32,000 bases of DNA from Edwardsiella hoshinae NBRC 105699 = ATCC 33379 (GCF_000474215.1 NZ_BAUC01000010.1:89382-121381); one strand, 5' to 3'; positions 11,405 to 18,609 are shown, counted from the first letter of the stretch. Notes: generated by a model not told the origin, from the letters alone. Translations and numbers: made by a program.

Positions 11405-11794
11405 TTAGGCATCGGCCTGAAATAAGGGAAGCAAATCTACGCCTGCATTTAAGGTTGCCAATTGGCGTATGGCGATCGCCGCCTCTTTCGGCGGTGTCTT
11501 GCGTGTTCTTTTCAAAAAGGCATGCAATACCACCAGATCGTTCGTACGGTTTAGCGTAAACAACACCCGCGCAGACTGCGCGCCGCAATCCACCCGTAGT
11601 TTATAAATGGTACCTTTGTACCCCCATATCGCGGGCTTGAGGATCTTCAGACCGGAAGCAGCATAGATCGTATTCTGTGCACTGAAGGCCGCCAACTTCT
11701 TGTTGATCGCCTCGGCTAATTTCCCAGATGCCTGCGCAAAAAAATACGCGAGCGGTGCCCCCGCCTCCTCAGCCGAAAGACAAAGAATTTTCAT
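11405..11794 (-). CDS. HigB/Gp49-like (DUF891, RelE superfamily) toxin
   Basis: The sequence ..IYKLRVDCGAQSARVLFTLNRTNDLVVLHAFLKRTRKTPPKEAAIAIRQL.. matches the Gp49-family signature (LHAF-KKTqKTP) as recalled. The start is at 11794 (MKIL) or 11809. Confidence 0.7.
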   Translation of the reverse strand: MKILCLSAEEAGAPLAYFFAQASGKLAEAINKKLAAFSAQNTIYAASGLKILKPAIWGYKGTIYKLRVDCGAQSARVLFTLNRTNDLVVLHAFLKRTRKTPPKEAAIAIRQLATLNAGVDLLPLFQADA

Positions 11795-12131
11795 ACTGTG
11801 CTTACCCATAATTGTTCTTGGGGACCCAACAGGTATTGAGCGACCATCCCACGCAATGCCCCACGTCGTAACGGATAATACGTGATTGCTTAATACACAG
11901 ACCCTCCCGCGCGTTACTATTAGATAATCGGCGCATCAGCCAGTTGACAGATGCACACCCTTGGCGCAAAACAGCATGGCATGATGTGCAAGTAACCTAA
12001 GCGTACTGGACTGCCCCCAGAAACCACTTGATGCCGGTTGAAGCTGGTTGATCTCAGGATACAAAGAGGGATTGATATATAAGGGATTACAAGGGGTTTT
12101 ATTGACGTCGGGAGAGTTCGGTAGAGGCTAA

Positions 12132-12152
12132 TTGGCGGAAGATCACAGGAGT
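12132..12152. repeat. attL, a duplicated 3' end of tRNA-Sec
   Basis: TTGGCGGAAGATCACAGGAGT is identical to 21972-21992. Confidence 0.85.
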
Positions 12153-12210
12153 GCAAAACGATGCACAACACAATGAAATATAATGATATTACTAAAACTC
12201 AACAGTGAGG

Positions 12211-12234
12211 ATATACACTTTCATATACACTTTC
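12211..12234. repeat. Perfect tandem duplication of ATATACACTTTC (2 x 12 bp)
   Basis: Read directly from the sequence. The TATACAC core recurs next to int at 21812-21818 (complement) and 21843-21849. Confidence 0.8.
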
Positions 12235-12275
12235 AAAGCGCCAACCAGTTTCACTTATTGCGACTAATAATTAAA

Positions 12276-12440
12276 CAGCAAAAAAACTTTTTTTAGGAAA
12301 AACCGTTCACACTGTTCACTGTGCATTTTTATCGTTTAAATTCATTGCATTACACCGTGAATGGTTGGTGAACAGTGAACACTTTACTGTTCATTTTTAC
12401 GGGTTTTCAGGCAAAAAAAGACCGGCTGCGGCTGGTCTGG
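12276..12440. repeat. Copy 1 of a ~165-bp block (TGTTCAC-type iterons plus a terminator-like hairpin)
   Basis: It aligns with 12607-12770, with about a dozen mismatches by eye. It contains about six direct or inverted (C/T)GTTCAC motifs. Confidence 0.8.
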
Positions 12441-12580
12441 ATACAGATACAGGCGCCGCTGACGCGAGATGATGTTGGCATGATCAACATACACCCCCAT
12501 CCGACTCCGGCAGCGCTTCATTGGAGTTCTGGTGTGACTGGAGCAGCGCGCAGGCACTCATCGGGTCACTGAGCTGCTAC
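12441..12580 (-). pseudogene. Relic fragment of a second alpha (primase-helicase) 3' region
   Basis: 12441-12516 aligns with 12985-13060 of the intact alpha gene. After a ~57-bp deletion, 12520-12578 aligns with about 13122-13180. Confidence 0.65.
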
Positions 12581-12606
12581 ACCACCAGAATATAAGCATG
12601 TCATCC

Positions 12607-12770
12607 ACAGAAAAAACTTTTTTTAGGGAAAACCGTTCACACTGTTCACTGTGCGTTTTTATCGTTTAAATTCATTGAATTACACCGTGAACGGTTGGTG
12701 AACAGTGAACACTTTACTGTTCATTTTTGAGGGTTTTCAGATAAAAAAAGACCGGCGGCTGCCGGTCTGG
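12607..12770. repeat. Copy 2 of the iteron block (crr/ori-like alpha-binding iterons)
   Basis: Same block as 12276-12440. The P4 ori and crr are known to consist of TGTTCACC-type iterons. Confidence 0.75.
12743..12768 (-). terminator. Rho-independent terminator of alpha
   Basis: The minus strand reads AGACCGGC-AGCC-GCCGGTCT followed by TTTTTTT, 13 nt after the alpha stop codon. Confidence 0.75.
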
Positions 12771-12780
12771 TTCGGTGGTA

Positions 12781-15108
12781 TTACTCTGGCGCGTCACACT
12801 TTGGTAGCCAATCGGCGTTACTCTCCTCCCTCAGCGCAAGATTGGTCTGTATGCCCTGATTTTTACGGCGCTTCTCATAATTCACCCCGTACTCTTTCAG
12901 CATCGCGGGCAACCCCTTGCCGAACATGGTGAGGCTGAGCGTGTTCTTGTAGCCGTGTGCCTCCATATACGCCAGGTAGGCATGATACAAATACAGGCGC
13001 GGCTGACGCGGGATGATGTTGGCATTGCCAATATACATGCCATCCGGCTCTGGCAGCGCCTCAAGGTAGCCACAAAAATCAAATGCCGGATCGGCATCGC
13101 GTTTGATGCAGAGTGCCTCATCGGAGTTCTGCTGTGCCTGGAGCAGTGTGCGGGCCGTCATCGGGTCGCTGAACTGCTGCATCAACTGGCGCACAATCAC
13201 CGCCAACTCGCAGGCGATTTTCTCCTTAAGCTGTGGGTCGCGCTCCTCCGGGGCAATCTGCTCCGGGAAATGCAGAATTACCCGGCGGCGGGAAACGCCG
13301 CCGCTGCGATCGGTAAAGCGCATCGGGTTATTGTTCACCGCCAGGATCACCGCCGGAATATGGGTGGAGTACGGGTTCTGGTATTTCGGATCAACAGAGA
13401 CGGCATCCCCGCCGGTAATGGCCTTAAGTCCCGCGCCGTCACCGCTCCACTTCTCCTGATCAGGTAGACGTATCAGCGAGAAACCAATCAGGGATGCGCG
13501 CTTGCGCGGATCTTCCAGTGTGTCGATGTCAGCCGAGGTGGCGTTATCCGCCCCGGCCAGCAAGGTGGCAATCTCGGCCAGAATGCTTTTTCCGCTGCCG
13601 CCCGGCCCGGTCACTTCGAGAAAAAGCTGCCAGTCGTAACGGTTCGCCAGCACCATAAACAGGGCGGCCAGTATCACATCGCGTTTATCGGCACGACCAC
13701 CGGCGGCACGGTCAAGCCAGCGCCAAAAATTCGGTGCATGGGTTTCCAACGTTTCACCCGCCACGGGTGGGGTGAAATCCACGTCGCACAGCGTGCGCAA
13801 CCAGTGTGATTTACAGTGTGGGCTAAAGATCCCGATGCTGGTATCGAGTACCCCGTTACGAAAGCCAATCAGACGACGCGCCGGTATATCCTGCTGCGGA
13901 ATAATCAGTTTCAGGGTATCAATGACCGAGGCAATTTTCCCCGACGAGAACGGCGCGCGCAGGCGCTGAAACAGCCCGGCCACATCACGGGCAAAATCGG
14001 ATGATGGAATGATTTTCCATATCCCGGCCTCATAGCGTGACAATAGCTGGCCGTTAGCATCGACGGCCAACGCTTCGCCGTAATGCTCATGCACCCGCAT
14101 CGCCTTTTCACTGGTGCTCATGGCGGTAAACTCCGCCTCGCTCATGGTGTTAAACGGGCTCTCCGCTACGGGGCGGATAGCGTCATAAATCGCTTTCCGC
14201 GTGGCCGCCTCGCCTTTCTGCATAAAGGCATCATTCCAGTCACCGAACACCGGCGGCTGGGCAACCATGCCCTCACAGGCTTCTGCGGCCGCGGCGGCTT
14301 TGGTCTGACCGTCGCCGTTGAGGTCACGGTCGGCTGCCAGGACAATCTGACAGGCCGGGTATTTCTGACGGGCAAGGCTAACCAGAGAAAGGAGGTTCAC
14401 GGACGACAGCGCCACCATCACCGTTTCATCAGTCAGATGATGTACGGTGAGGGCCGTGGCATAGCCCTCCACAATCCACAGACGTTTCCCGGCCTGTTTC
14501 TGGCCATCAATGGTATGGCAGGTGCCTTTTACCTGTCCGCCTTTCAGCGTGCGTTTCAGGCCGTCTGTGTTGATAAGCTGGAGATTCACCAGCGATCCGC
14601 CCTCGTCATACAGCGGCACCACCAGATCCCCGGCCCGATAAATGACCCCGCCGGTTTTGTGCGTGGCTGTCAGCACTGCGCACGCATGAGCGGGGAACCC
14701 CTTGCGGATCAGGTAGGCATTCGCGGAGGCCGTGCGGGTTTTGGCCATCAGTTTTACGGCCAGCGCGGCTGCCGCTTTGCGGTCGGCATCGGTTTTAGCC
14801 TCTGCGGCCGCAATCACCTCCGGGGCAACCGGCGGCAGGGTGCCGATCACCGCGTTCACCTTATCGGCCGCGACTGATGCCGTAACACCCAATACCTTTT
14901 CGACCAGCGTCAACCCATCCCCGGCACCGCACTGGTTACAGAGCCAGGTGCCTCGCCCCTCCTTGTCATCAAAGCGAAAGCGATCTGTACCGCCGCATAC
15001 CGGGCAGGGCTGATGGCGGTTTTTCACTATCCTCATCCCCAGCGCTGGCAGAATGTGTAACCAGTGGCCGCGCGCCAGATTAACGGTGTCCGTGACGTTC
15101 ATGTTCAT
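12781..15108 (-). CDS. P4 alpha-like primase-helicase (zinc-binding, Toprim and D5-type helicase regions)
   Basis: 775 aa. The N-terminus has CPVCGGTDRFRFDD..WLCNQCG. A Walker A motif (GPGGSGKS) is present. GGGAG lies upstream of the ATG. Confidence 0.9.
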   Translation of the reverse strand: MNMNVTDTVNLARGHWLHILPALGMRIVKNRHQPCPVCGGTDRFRFDDKEGRGTWLCNQCGAGDGLTLVEKVLGVTASVAADKVNAVIGTLPPVAPEVIAAAEAKTDADRKAAAALAVKLMAKTRTASANAYLIRKGFPAHACAVLTATHKTGGVIYRAGDLVVPLYDEGGSLVNLQLINTDGLKRTLKGGQVKGTCHTIDGQKQAGKRLWIVEGYATALTVHHLTDETVMVALSSVNLLSLVSLARQKYPACQIVLAADRDLNGDGQTKAAAAAEACEGMVAQPPVFGDWNDAFMQKGEAATRKAIYDAIRPVAESPFNTMSEAEFTAMSTSEKAMRVHEHYGEALAVDANGQLLSRYEAGIWKIIPSSDFARDVAGLFQRLRAPFSSGKIASVIDTLKLIIPQQDIPARRLIGFRNGVLDTSIGIFSPHCKSHWLRTLCDVDFTPPVAGETLETHAPNFWRWLDRAAGGRADKRDVILAALFMVLANRYDWQLFLEVTGPGGSGKSILAEIATLLAGADNATSADIDTLEDPRKRASLIGFSLIRLPDQEKWSGDGAGLKAITGGDAVSVDPKYQNPYSTHIPAVILAVNNNPMRFTDRSGGVSRRRVILHFPEQIAPEERDPQLKEKIACELAVIVRQLMQQFSDPMTARTLLQAQQNSDEALCIKRDADPAFDFCGYLEALPEPDGMYIGNANIIPRQPRLYLYHAYLAYMEAHGYKNTLSLTMFGKGLPAMLKEYGVNYEKRRKNQGIQTNLALREESNADWLPKCDAPE

Positions 15109-15122
15109 TGTTGTTTTCTCCC

Positions 15123-15443
15123 TCAGTGCAATACCGGCGCGTTAATGTGACGGGCGCAGAGTTCATCCATCACGATAATGCCGAGAAAGGACAGTGACGG
15201 GGCGGCCTTGAGTGGTCCGGCTTCCATTAAGTCTTCCAGTAACGCACAGGCAATCTGGCGGCCCTTCTCCTCACCGTGCTGGCGCAGGTAAAAGCCCTCC
15301 AGCTCGGTGGCAATGGCATTTTCCAACGTATCAAGGGTGAGTGCCGGATAGCGGTGCTGACGTACGCACAGGGTCAGCCAGGCGCAGGCAACGGCACGAC
15401 GGTACAACGCGGCACGCAGGACAGGCGGTAATGGCGTAGTCAT
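15123..15443 (-). CDS. P4-family small protein of unknown function (106 aa)
   Basis: The start MTTPLPP overlaps the upstream stop as ATGA. Position and size resemble P4 orf106, from memory. Confidence 0.55.
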   Translation of the reverse strand: MTTPLPPVLRAALYRRAVACAWLTLCVRQHRYPALTLDTLENAIATELEGFYLRQHGEEKGRQIACALLEDLMEAGPLKAAPSLSFLGIIVMDELCARHINAPVLH

Positions 15444-15667
15444 ACATTGTCCTCCCCGGCAAGCCAATGCTGGTTACAGCGCTCGACCACGCCATCGAGC
15501 TGGGCAGTCATCAGGTAAATCAGGGAGGTAAGCTGGAGCTTTTGATCCGGGTTACGTTGAACGGTGACACACGCCTGTTCCTGCATCAGTTCACCGACCA
15601 GTTGACCAACATTGCGCAGGTGATCGAGGCATTCGAGGTCTTGCAAGGCGATAGCGGTATGTTTCAT
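15440..15667 (-). CDS. P4-family small protein of unknown function (75 aa), in the epsilon-region position
   Basis: The ATG at 15667 overlaps the Icd-like stop as ATGA. No family was recognised. Confidence 0.45.
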   Translation of the reverse strand: MKHTAIALQDLECLDHLRNVGQLVGELMQEQACVTVQRNPDQKLQLTSLIYLMTAQLDGVVERCNQHWLAGEDNV

Positions 15668-15858
15668 GCGCACACCCCCGCCACCGGCAGGCGACCGGCA
15701 AAGGACAGGACATACTCACGGGCAAGGGAACGGCGGGCACTGCGTTCGTTATCAGCTACGGTGCGCAGCATACAGATAGGGGAATGACGATCAGCGCGGC
15801 GGACAGCGGCGAAGACAAAGACAAACTGCGAGTGTGACGGGGTGAGGATCGTAGCCAT
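15664..15858 (-). CDS. Icd-like (host cell division inhibitor family) small protein, 64 aa
   Basis: [59 protein letters not shown] matches the Icd-like pattern as recalled. GGAGG lies upstream. The long 183-aa N-terminal extension in the ORF track was rejected. Confidence 0.6.
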   Translation of the reverse strand: MATILTPSHSQFVFVFAAVRRADRHSPICMLRTVADNERSARRSLAREYVLSFAGRLPVAGVCA

Positions 15859-15895
15859 GATGGCAACCTCCAATAAGTAGCGGTAAATGCCACCA

Positions 15896-15910
15896 CCGGA
15901 GTTCCTACGC
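15896..15910 (-). promoter_or_regulatory. seqC-like target box of the immunity RNA, just upstream of the Icd-like RBS
   Basis: The minus strand reads GCGUAGGAACUCCGG, followed by UACUUAUUGGAGG (the SD). Confidence 0.45.
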
Positions 15911-15914
15911 TCAT

Positions 15915-15995
15915 GGGTGGTGACCCGGACGGGGGTAGGAATACCGGCCTTATTGGAAACCGGCCAGCCCGAAGGCTGCCCCGCCCGGGCCACCA
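15915..15995 (-). ncRNA. CI/C4-type antisense immunity RNA (candidate)
   Basis: The minus strand reads GGUGGCCCGG..CAGCC-UUCG-GGCUG..CCGGUAUUCCUACCCCC..CCGGGUCACCACC. A closing stem joins the 5' and 3' ends. The exposed CCGGUAUUCCUAC is complementary (11 of 13 positions) to the boxes at 15896-15910 and 16103-16117. Confidence 0.5.
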
Positions 15996-16061
15996 TTATC
16001 TGACAGGGGCCATGGTGTAAGCACCACAGCCCAGAAAATGGGTATGCCTGGACAACGACGC

Positions 16062-16084
16062 AAAAAAAGACGCCTGGCGCGTCT
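16062..16084 (-). terminator. Rho-independent terminator inside the immunity leader
   Basis: The minus strand reads AGACGC-GCCAG-GCGUCU followed by UUUUUUU. It lies between the seqA-like box and the CI-like RNA. Confidence 0.55.
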
Positions 16085-16102
16085 GGTGTCGCCAATAAGT
16101 AA

Positions 16103-16117
16103 CTCGGGTTCCTACGC
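16103..16117 (-). promoter_or_regulatory. seqA-like target box of the immunity RNA
   Basis: The minus strand reads GCGUAGGAACCCGAG, followed by UUACUUAUUGG. This is the same flank as at the seqC-like box. Confidence 0.45.
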
Positions 16118-16146
16118 CCGGCTGCCGATTTTGCGACAGCGGAAAA

Positions 16147-16176
16147 ACTATACCCAGAAACAGCCAACAGAAGCAA
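16147..16176 (-). promoter_or_regulatory. Candidate PLE-like leftward promoter
   Basis: The minus strand has TTGCTT, an 18-nt spacer, then TATAGT, upstream of the seqA-like box. Confidence 0.35.
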
Positions 16177-16211
16177 GCCAGAAAAAGGGGGGGTTTGCGG
16201 TGCGGGGATCA

Positions 16212-16478
16212 TCATGCGTCGTAGCCCCGGTTACGGTCGGCGATACGATCGGCCATCCACGCGGTGATTTCTGACTGTACCCAGGCCACATTTTTTCCGC
16301 CGAGGGAGATTTGTTTCGGAAAGGCTTCCCGGCTGATGAGGTCGTAAATGGTCGAGCGGGATAGGCCGCACAGATGCATCACTTCGGGCAGGCGAATAAA
16401 GCGCTCGTAAACGGTATCAGAAACCGGCATCAGCGGCGCGGCAGGAGCAGAAGATGGGGAAGAAAAAGCGGTGTACAT
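16212..16478 (-). CDS. Vis/AlpA-family DNA-binding protein (88 aa)
   Basis: [48 protein letters not shown] is an AlpA-type HTH. The length equals P4 Vis (orf88), from memory. GAGG lies 7 nt upstream of the ATG. Confidence 0.8.
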   Translation of the reverse strand: MYTAFSSPSSAPAAPLMPVSDTVYERFIRLPEVMHLCGLSRSTIYDLISREAFPKQISLGGKNVAWVQSEITAWMADRIADRNRGYDA

Positions 16479-16747
16479 CAGGCTACCTCACAAAGTCCAT
16501 ACAGTGCCGGTCGTGTCCGTCCGGCTTCGGGTAGCTCTCTATTTTGTGAATATTTTCCCTCAGGGCAACAAGTCATTTTGTAGTGCTCCACCATACAACA
16601 GAGCGATTTTTATACAGTGGCAAACGTTGGCCGTTTTTTGGTAAACGTTGGCAAACCGGTGGCCCATTCATGATTACTTTTATTTCTATATTTTCTTTTT
16701 TTAATCGTTAAAAAATCTAAATAACAGGCAGACTGAAAAAACAGAGA

Positions 16748-16850
16748 GTGAACAGTAGTGAACAGTCGGTGAATAGTTTTATCTCAACTGTTCACCATTT
16801 ATCTTACTGTATTACTTATCTTTTTATTTCAAGTGAACAGTAGTGAATAG
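16748..16850. repeat. Second cluster of TGTTCAC-type iterons (ori/crr-like)
   Basis: GTGAACAGTAGTGAACAGTCGGTGAATAG, CTGTTCACC and GTGAACAGTAGTGAATAG sit in an AT-rich context between vis and sid. Confidence 0.6.
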
Positions 16851-16936
16851 TTATTTATAGAAAAACAAACAGAGAGACGTTTACCCACCCCTTTCTCTGG
16901 CTAGCCCCCCTGATTGCCGTTCTGCCCGATTCTGTT

Positions 16937-16954
16937 TGTGCCATCCCTGCGACA
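16937..16954 (+). promoter_or_regulatory. Ogr/Delta-type activator box (TGT-N12-ACA) of a Psid-like late promoter
   Basis: TGTGCCATCCCTGCGACA fits the dyad known upstream of P2/P4 late promoters. It lies about 75-90 nt upstream of the sid-like ATG. Confidence 0.45.
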
Positions 16955-17027
16955 ACCGTGATCGCTCGTGTGGTTGTGTGGTGCGTTGCAGAATGATTTC
17001 ACCTTGATCACGCAGCAGGAGAAGACC

Positions 17028-17780
17028 ATGAAACCAACCACTCACCCCCAACAAGAGACGGCGATCCCCGCCGTGCTGGATAAGGCATTCCAAGTGCTGG
17101 AGAGCGCCAAAACTCATCATCTGAATAACGTGCACCGGATGGATGAAATCCAGCATGCCATCGAGCAGGCCCAACAGCAGAAAACCCGTCTGGAACAAAC
17201 GGGCCTCGATGATACGCAAGCCTGGCGCGAGCAATTCCTGCGCAATGGTGCCGTGCTCACCGATGAGCTCAAGCAACAGCATATGGAGCGTGTCGCCCGC
17301 CGGGAGCTGATGCAAGAGTGTGAGAACGCTGCCGAGGTATTGGCTTATGAACTCGAGCAGGGAAAGGGCACATGTTGCAGCTCAGCAAAAGCCTACCGTG
17401 ATGCACACTTTTCGCTGTTAAACGACTACGTGCAGCGCGAGTTTGAGACCACCCTGTCACAGGGAGCCCCTGCACTCATCCGGGCAATCAAGCTCAAAAT
17501 TTTCGCCTTGCAACAACAACGCTATCGCGCTGGCCATCATGACATTGAATCGGCCGAAAAAGAGGTTCTGGCAGAAATCAGTCGATGGCTGAAAGCGCAA
17601 GTAGACCAATATGAGATCCGTTTAAACGATGAGCCGGTACTGTACAAAATAGGGTTATCGCCCAGCCCACTCCCCCATATGGACTATGAGCTCGCCGCAA
17701 CACCGGCACAGAGCATGCGTTTTTACGAAGAAATGCAGCAGCGTAAAGCCCAGCTTCAGGCGCGGGGGCTGATCGCATGA
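17028..17780 (+). CDS. sid: Sid-like capsid size determination protein
   Basis: 250 aa, taken from MKPTTHP (the ORF opens at 16968). The segments LTDELKQQHMERVARRELMQE, LPHMDYELAATPAQ and LQARGLIA match P4 Sid as I recall it. Confidence 0.7.
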   Translation: MKPTTHPQQETAIPAVLDKAFQVLESAKTHHLNNVHRMDEIQHAIEQAQQQKTRLEQTGLDDTQAWREQFLRNGAVLTDELKQQHMERVARRELMQECENAAEVLAYELEQGKGTCCSSAKAYRDAHFSLLNDYVQREFETTLSQGAPALIRAIKLKIFALQQQRYRAGHHDIESAEKEVLAEISRWLKAQVDQYEIRLNDEPVLYKIGLSPSPLPHMDYELAATPAQSMRFYEEMQQRKAQLQARGLIA

Positions 17781-18019
17781 TGCATTGCCCTTTTTGCGGT
17801 AAATCCGCCCATACCCGCAGCAGCCGATACTTATCGGATAACGTCAAGCAACGCTATCACCAGTGCACCAATGTTCACTGCTCGGCGACGTTCCGCACGC
17901 TGGAATCCATCGATGAAATTATCCATCAGCCAGCCAAGCCGGTAACGGCAGAACGGCCAACACCACAGGCGGAGCCGCGCCGGGTATCCGGTTGCTATCG
18001 ATCTCCCTTTTCACATTAA
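17777..18019 (+). CDS. Ogr/Delta-family zinc-finger late transcription activator (single-domain, phiR73-like)
   Basis: 80 aa. It has CPFCG..(22 aa)..CTNVHC, a CxxC...CxxxxC pattern. There is an ATGA overlap with sid. Confidence 0.85.
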   Translation: MMHCPFCGKSAHTRSSRYLSDNVKQRYHQCTNVHCSATFRTLESIDEIIHQPAKPVTAERPTPQAEPRRVSGCYRSPFSH

Positions 18020-18033
18020 CCGAGAACACCAAC

Positions 18034-18609
18034 ATGACGACAACCCCATTACAAAAAGCGGCAATGGCGTGCCAAGCGGCCAAAACACGTTGGCAGGATA
18101 GCCGTCAGGCATGGACCAAGGCGACGCTAGAGATGGCTAGCCTACAGGCCGATAGCAGCGGCAAGTCTGGCGATCGCCTGGCCTATCTGCGTGAATTGAT
18201 CGCCGTGAAACAGTGGGAGATGAATCAACACGCTGATCGATACCTACATGCCCATGATGAACTGTTGCGTGTCAGTGTGCGTACGGAGCTGCGCAGCTTC
18301 ATGCAACGTCACGGCACCGAGCTGCTCAGTGCGCTGGCCCCGGAGTTAATGGGGCTGAATCATCAGCCGGAACTGTTACGCACACGGGCCGCCGATCGGG
18401 CACTGGAATACCTGCGGGAGGCGCTGGCCGTCAGTATGACCATCAGCCCGGCCATTGAGTACGCCGAGGCCAGTCGGGATATTTTAAACAGTGCGGGACT
18501 ACGGCCAGAAACAGCGGCCCGGCAGGATGCCATCAGCCGCACGACGCCTGCCGAAAACCTGAAATTTATGCACCGAAAAATCGCACTGGAACAGCAGCGC
18601 CCGGCATAA
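18034..18609 (+). CDS. psu: Psu-like polarity suppression / capsid decoration protein
   Basis: Starting at MTTTPLQ gives 191 aa, close to the ~190 aa I recall for P4 Psu. The segments QWEMNQHADRY and FMQRHGTELLSALAPELMG resemble Psu. Confidence 0.7.
   Translation: MTTTPLQKAAMACQAAKTRWQDSRQAWTKATLEMASLQADSSGKSGDRLAYLRELIAVKQWEMNQHADRYLHAHDELLRVSVRTELRSFMQRHGTELLSALAPELMGLNHQPELLRTRAADRALEYLREALAVSMTISPAIEYAEASRDILNSAGLRPETAARQDAISRTTPAENLKFMHRKIALEQQRPA

Noticed and set aside
11920-12171. An 83-aa minus-strand ORF crossing attL.
   Set aside because: It spans the integration junction, which makes it chimeric by construction. It has no RBS and a hydrophobic low-complexity sequence.
12276-12770. 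Possible CRISPR-like repeat-spacer arrangement.
   Set aside because: Only two copies of a ~165-bp block are present. The spacer between them is an alpha-gene fragment, there are no short regular repeats and there are no cas genes.
12375-12932. Two plus-strand ORFs sharing the N-terminus MNTLLFIF (12375-12572 and 12705-12932).
   Set aside because: Their similarity is a by-product of the duplicated iteron block. They start inside the iterons, and one runs antisense into alpha.
14083-14877. A 264-aa plus-strand ORF. Many other 60-170-aa ORFs lie antisense to or out of frame with uhpB, the MCP, proC, alpha, metL, metB and priA.
   Set aside because: They lie wholly inside genes with strong family signatures on the other strand or frame. 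They have Arg/Gly/Pro/Cys-rich, low-complexity compositions typical of GC-rich antisense frames, and no RBS.
15664-16215. A 183-aa minus-strand ORF spanning the region upstream of the Icd-like gene.
   Set aside because: Only the last 64 aa resemble a known family, and they have their own GGAGG-ATG. The upstream 119 codons run across an intrinsic terminator, the CI-like RNA and both target boxes, and they read as low-complexity sequence.
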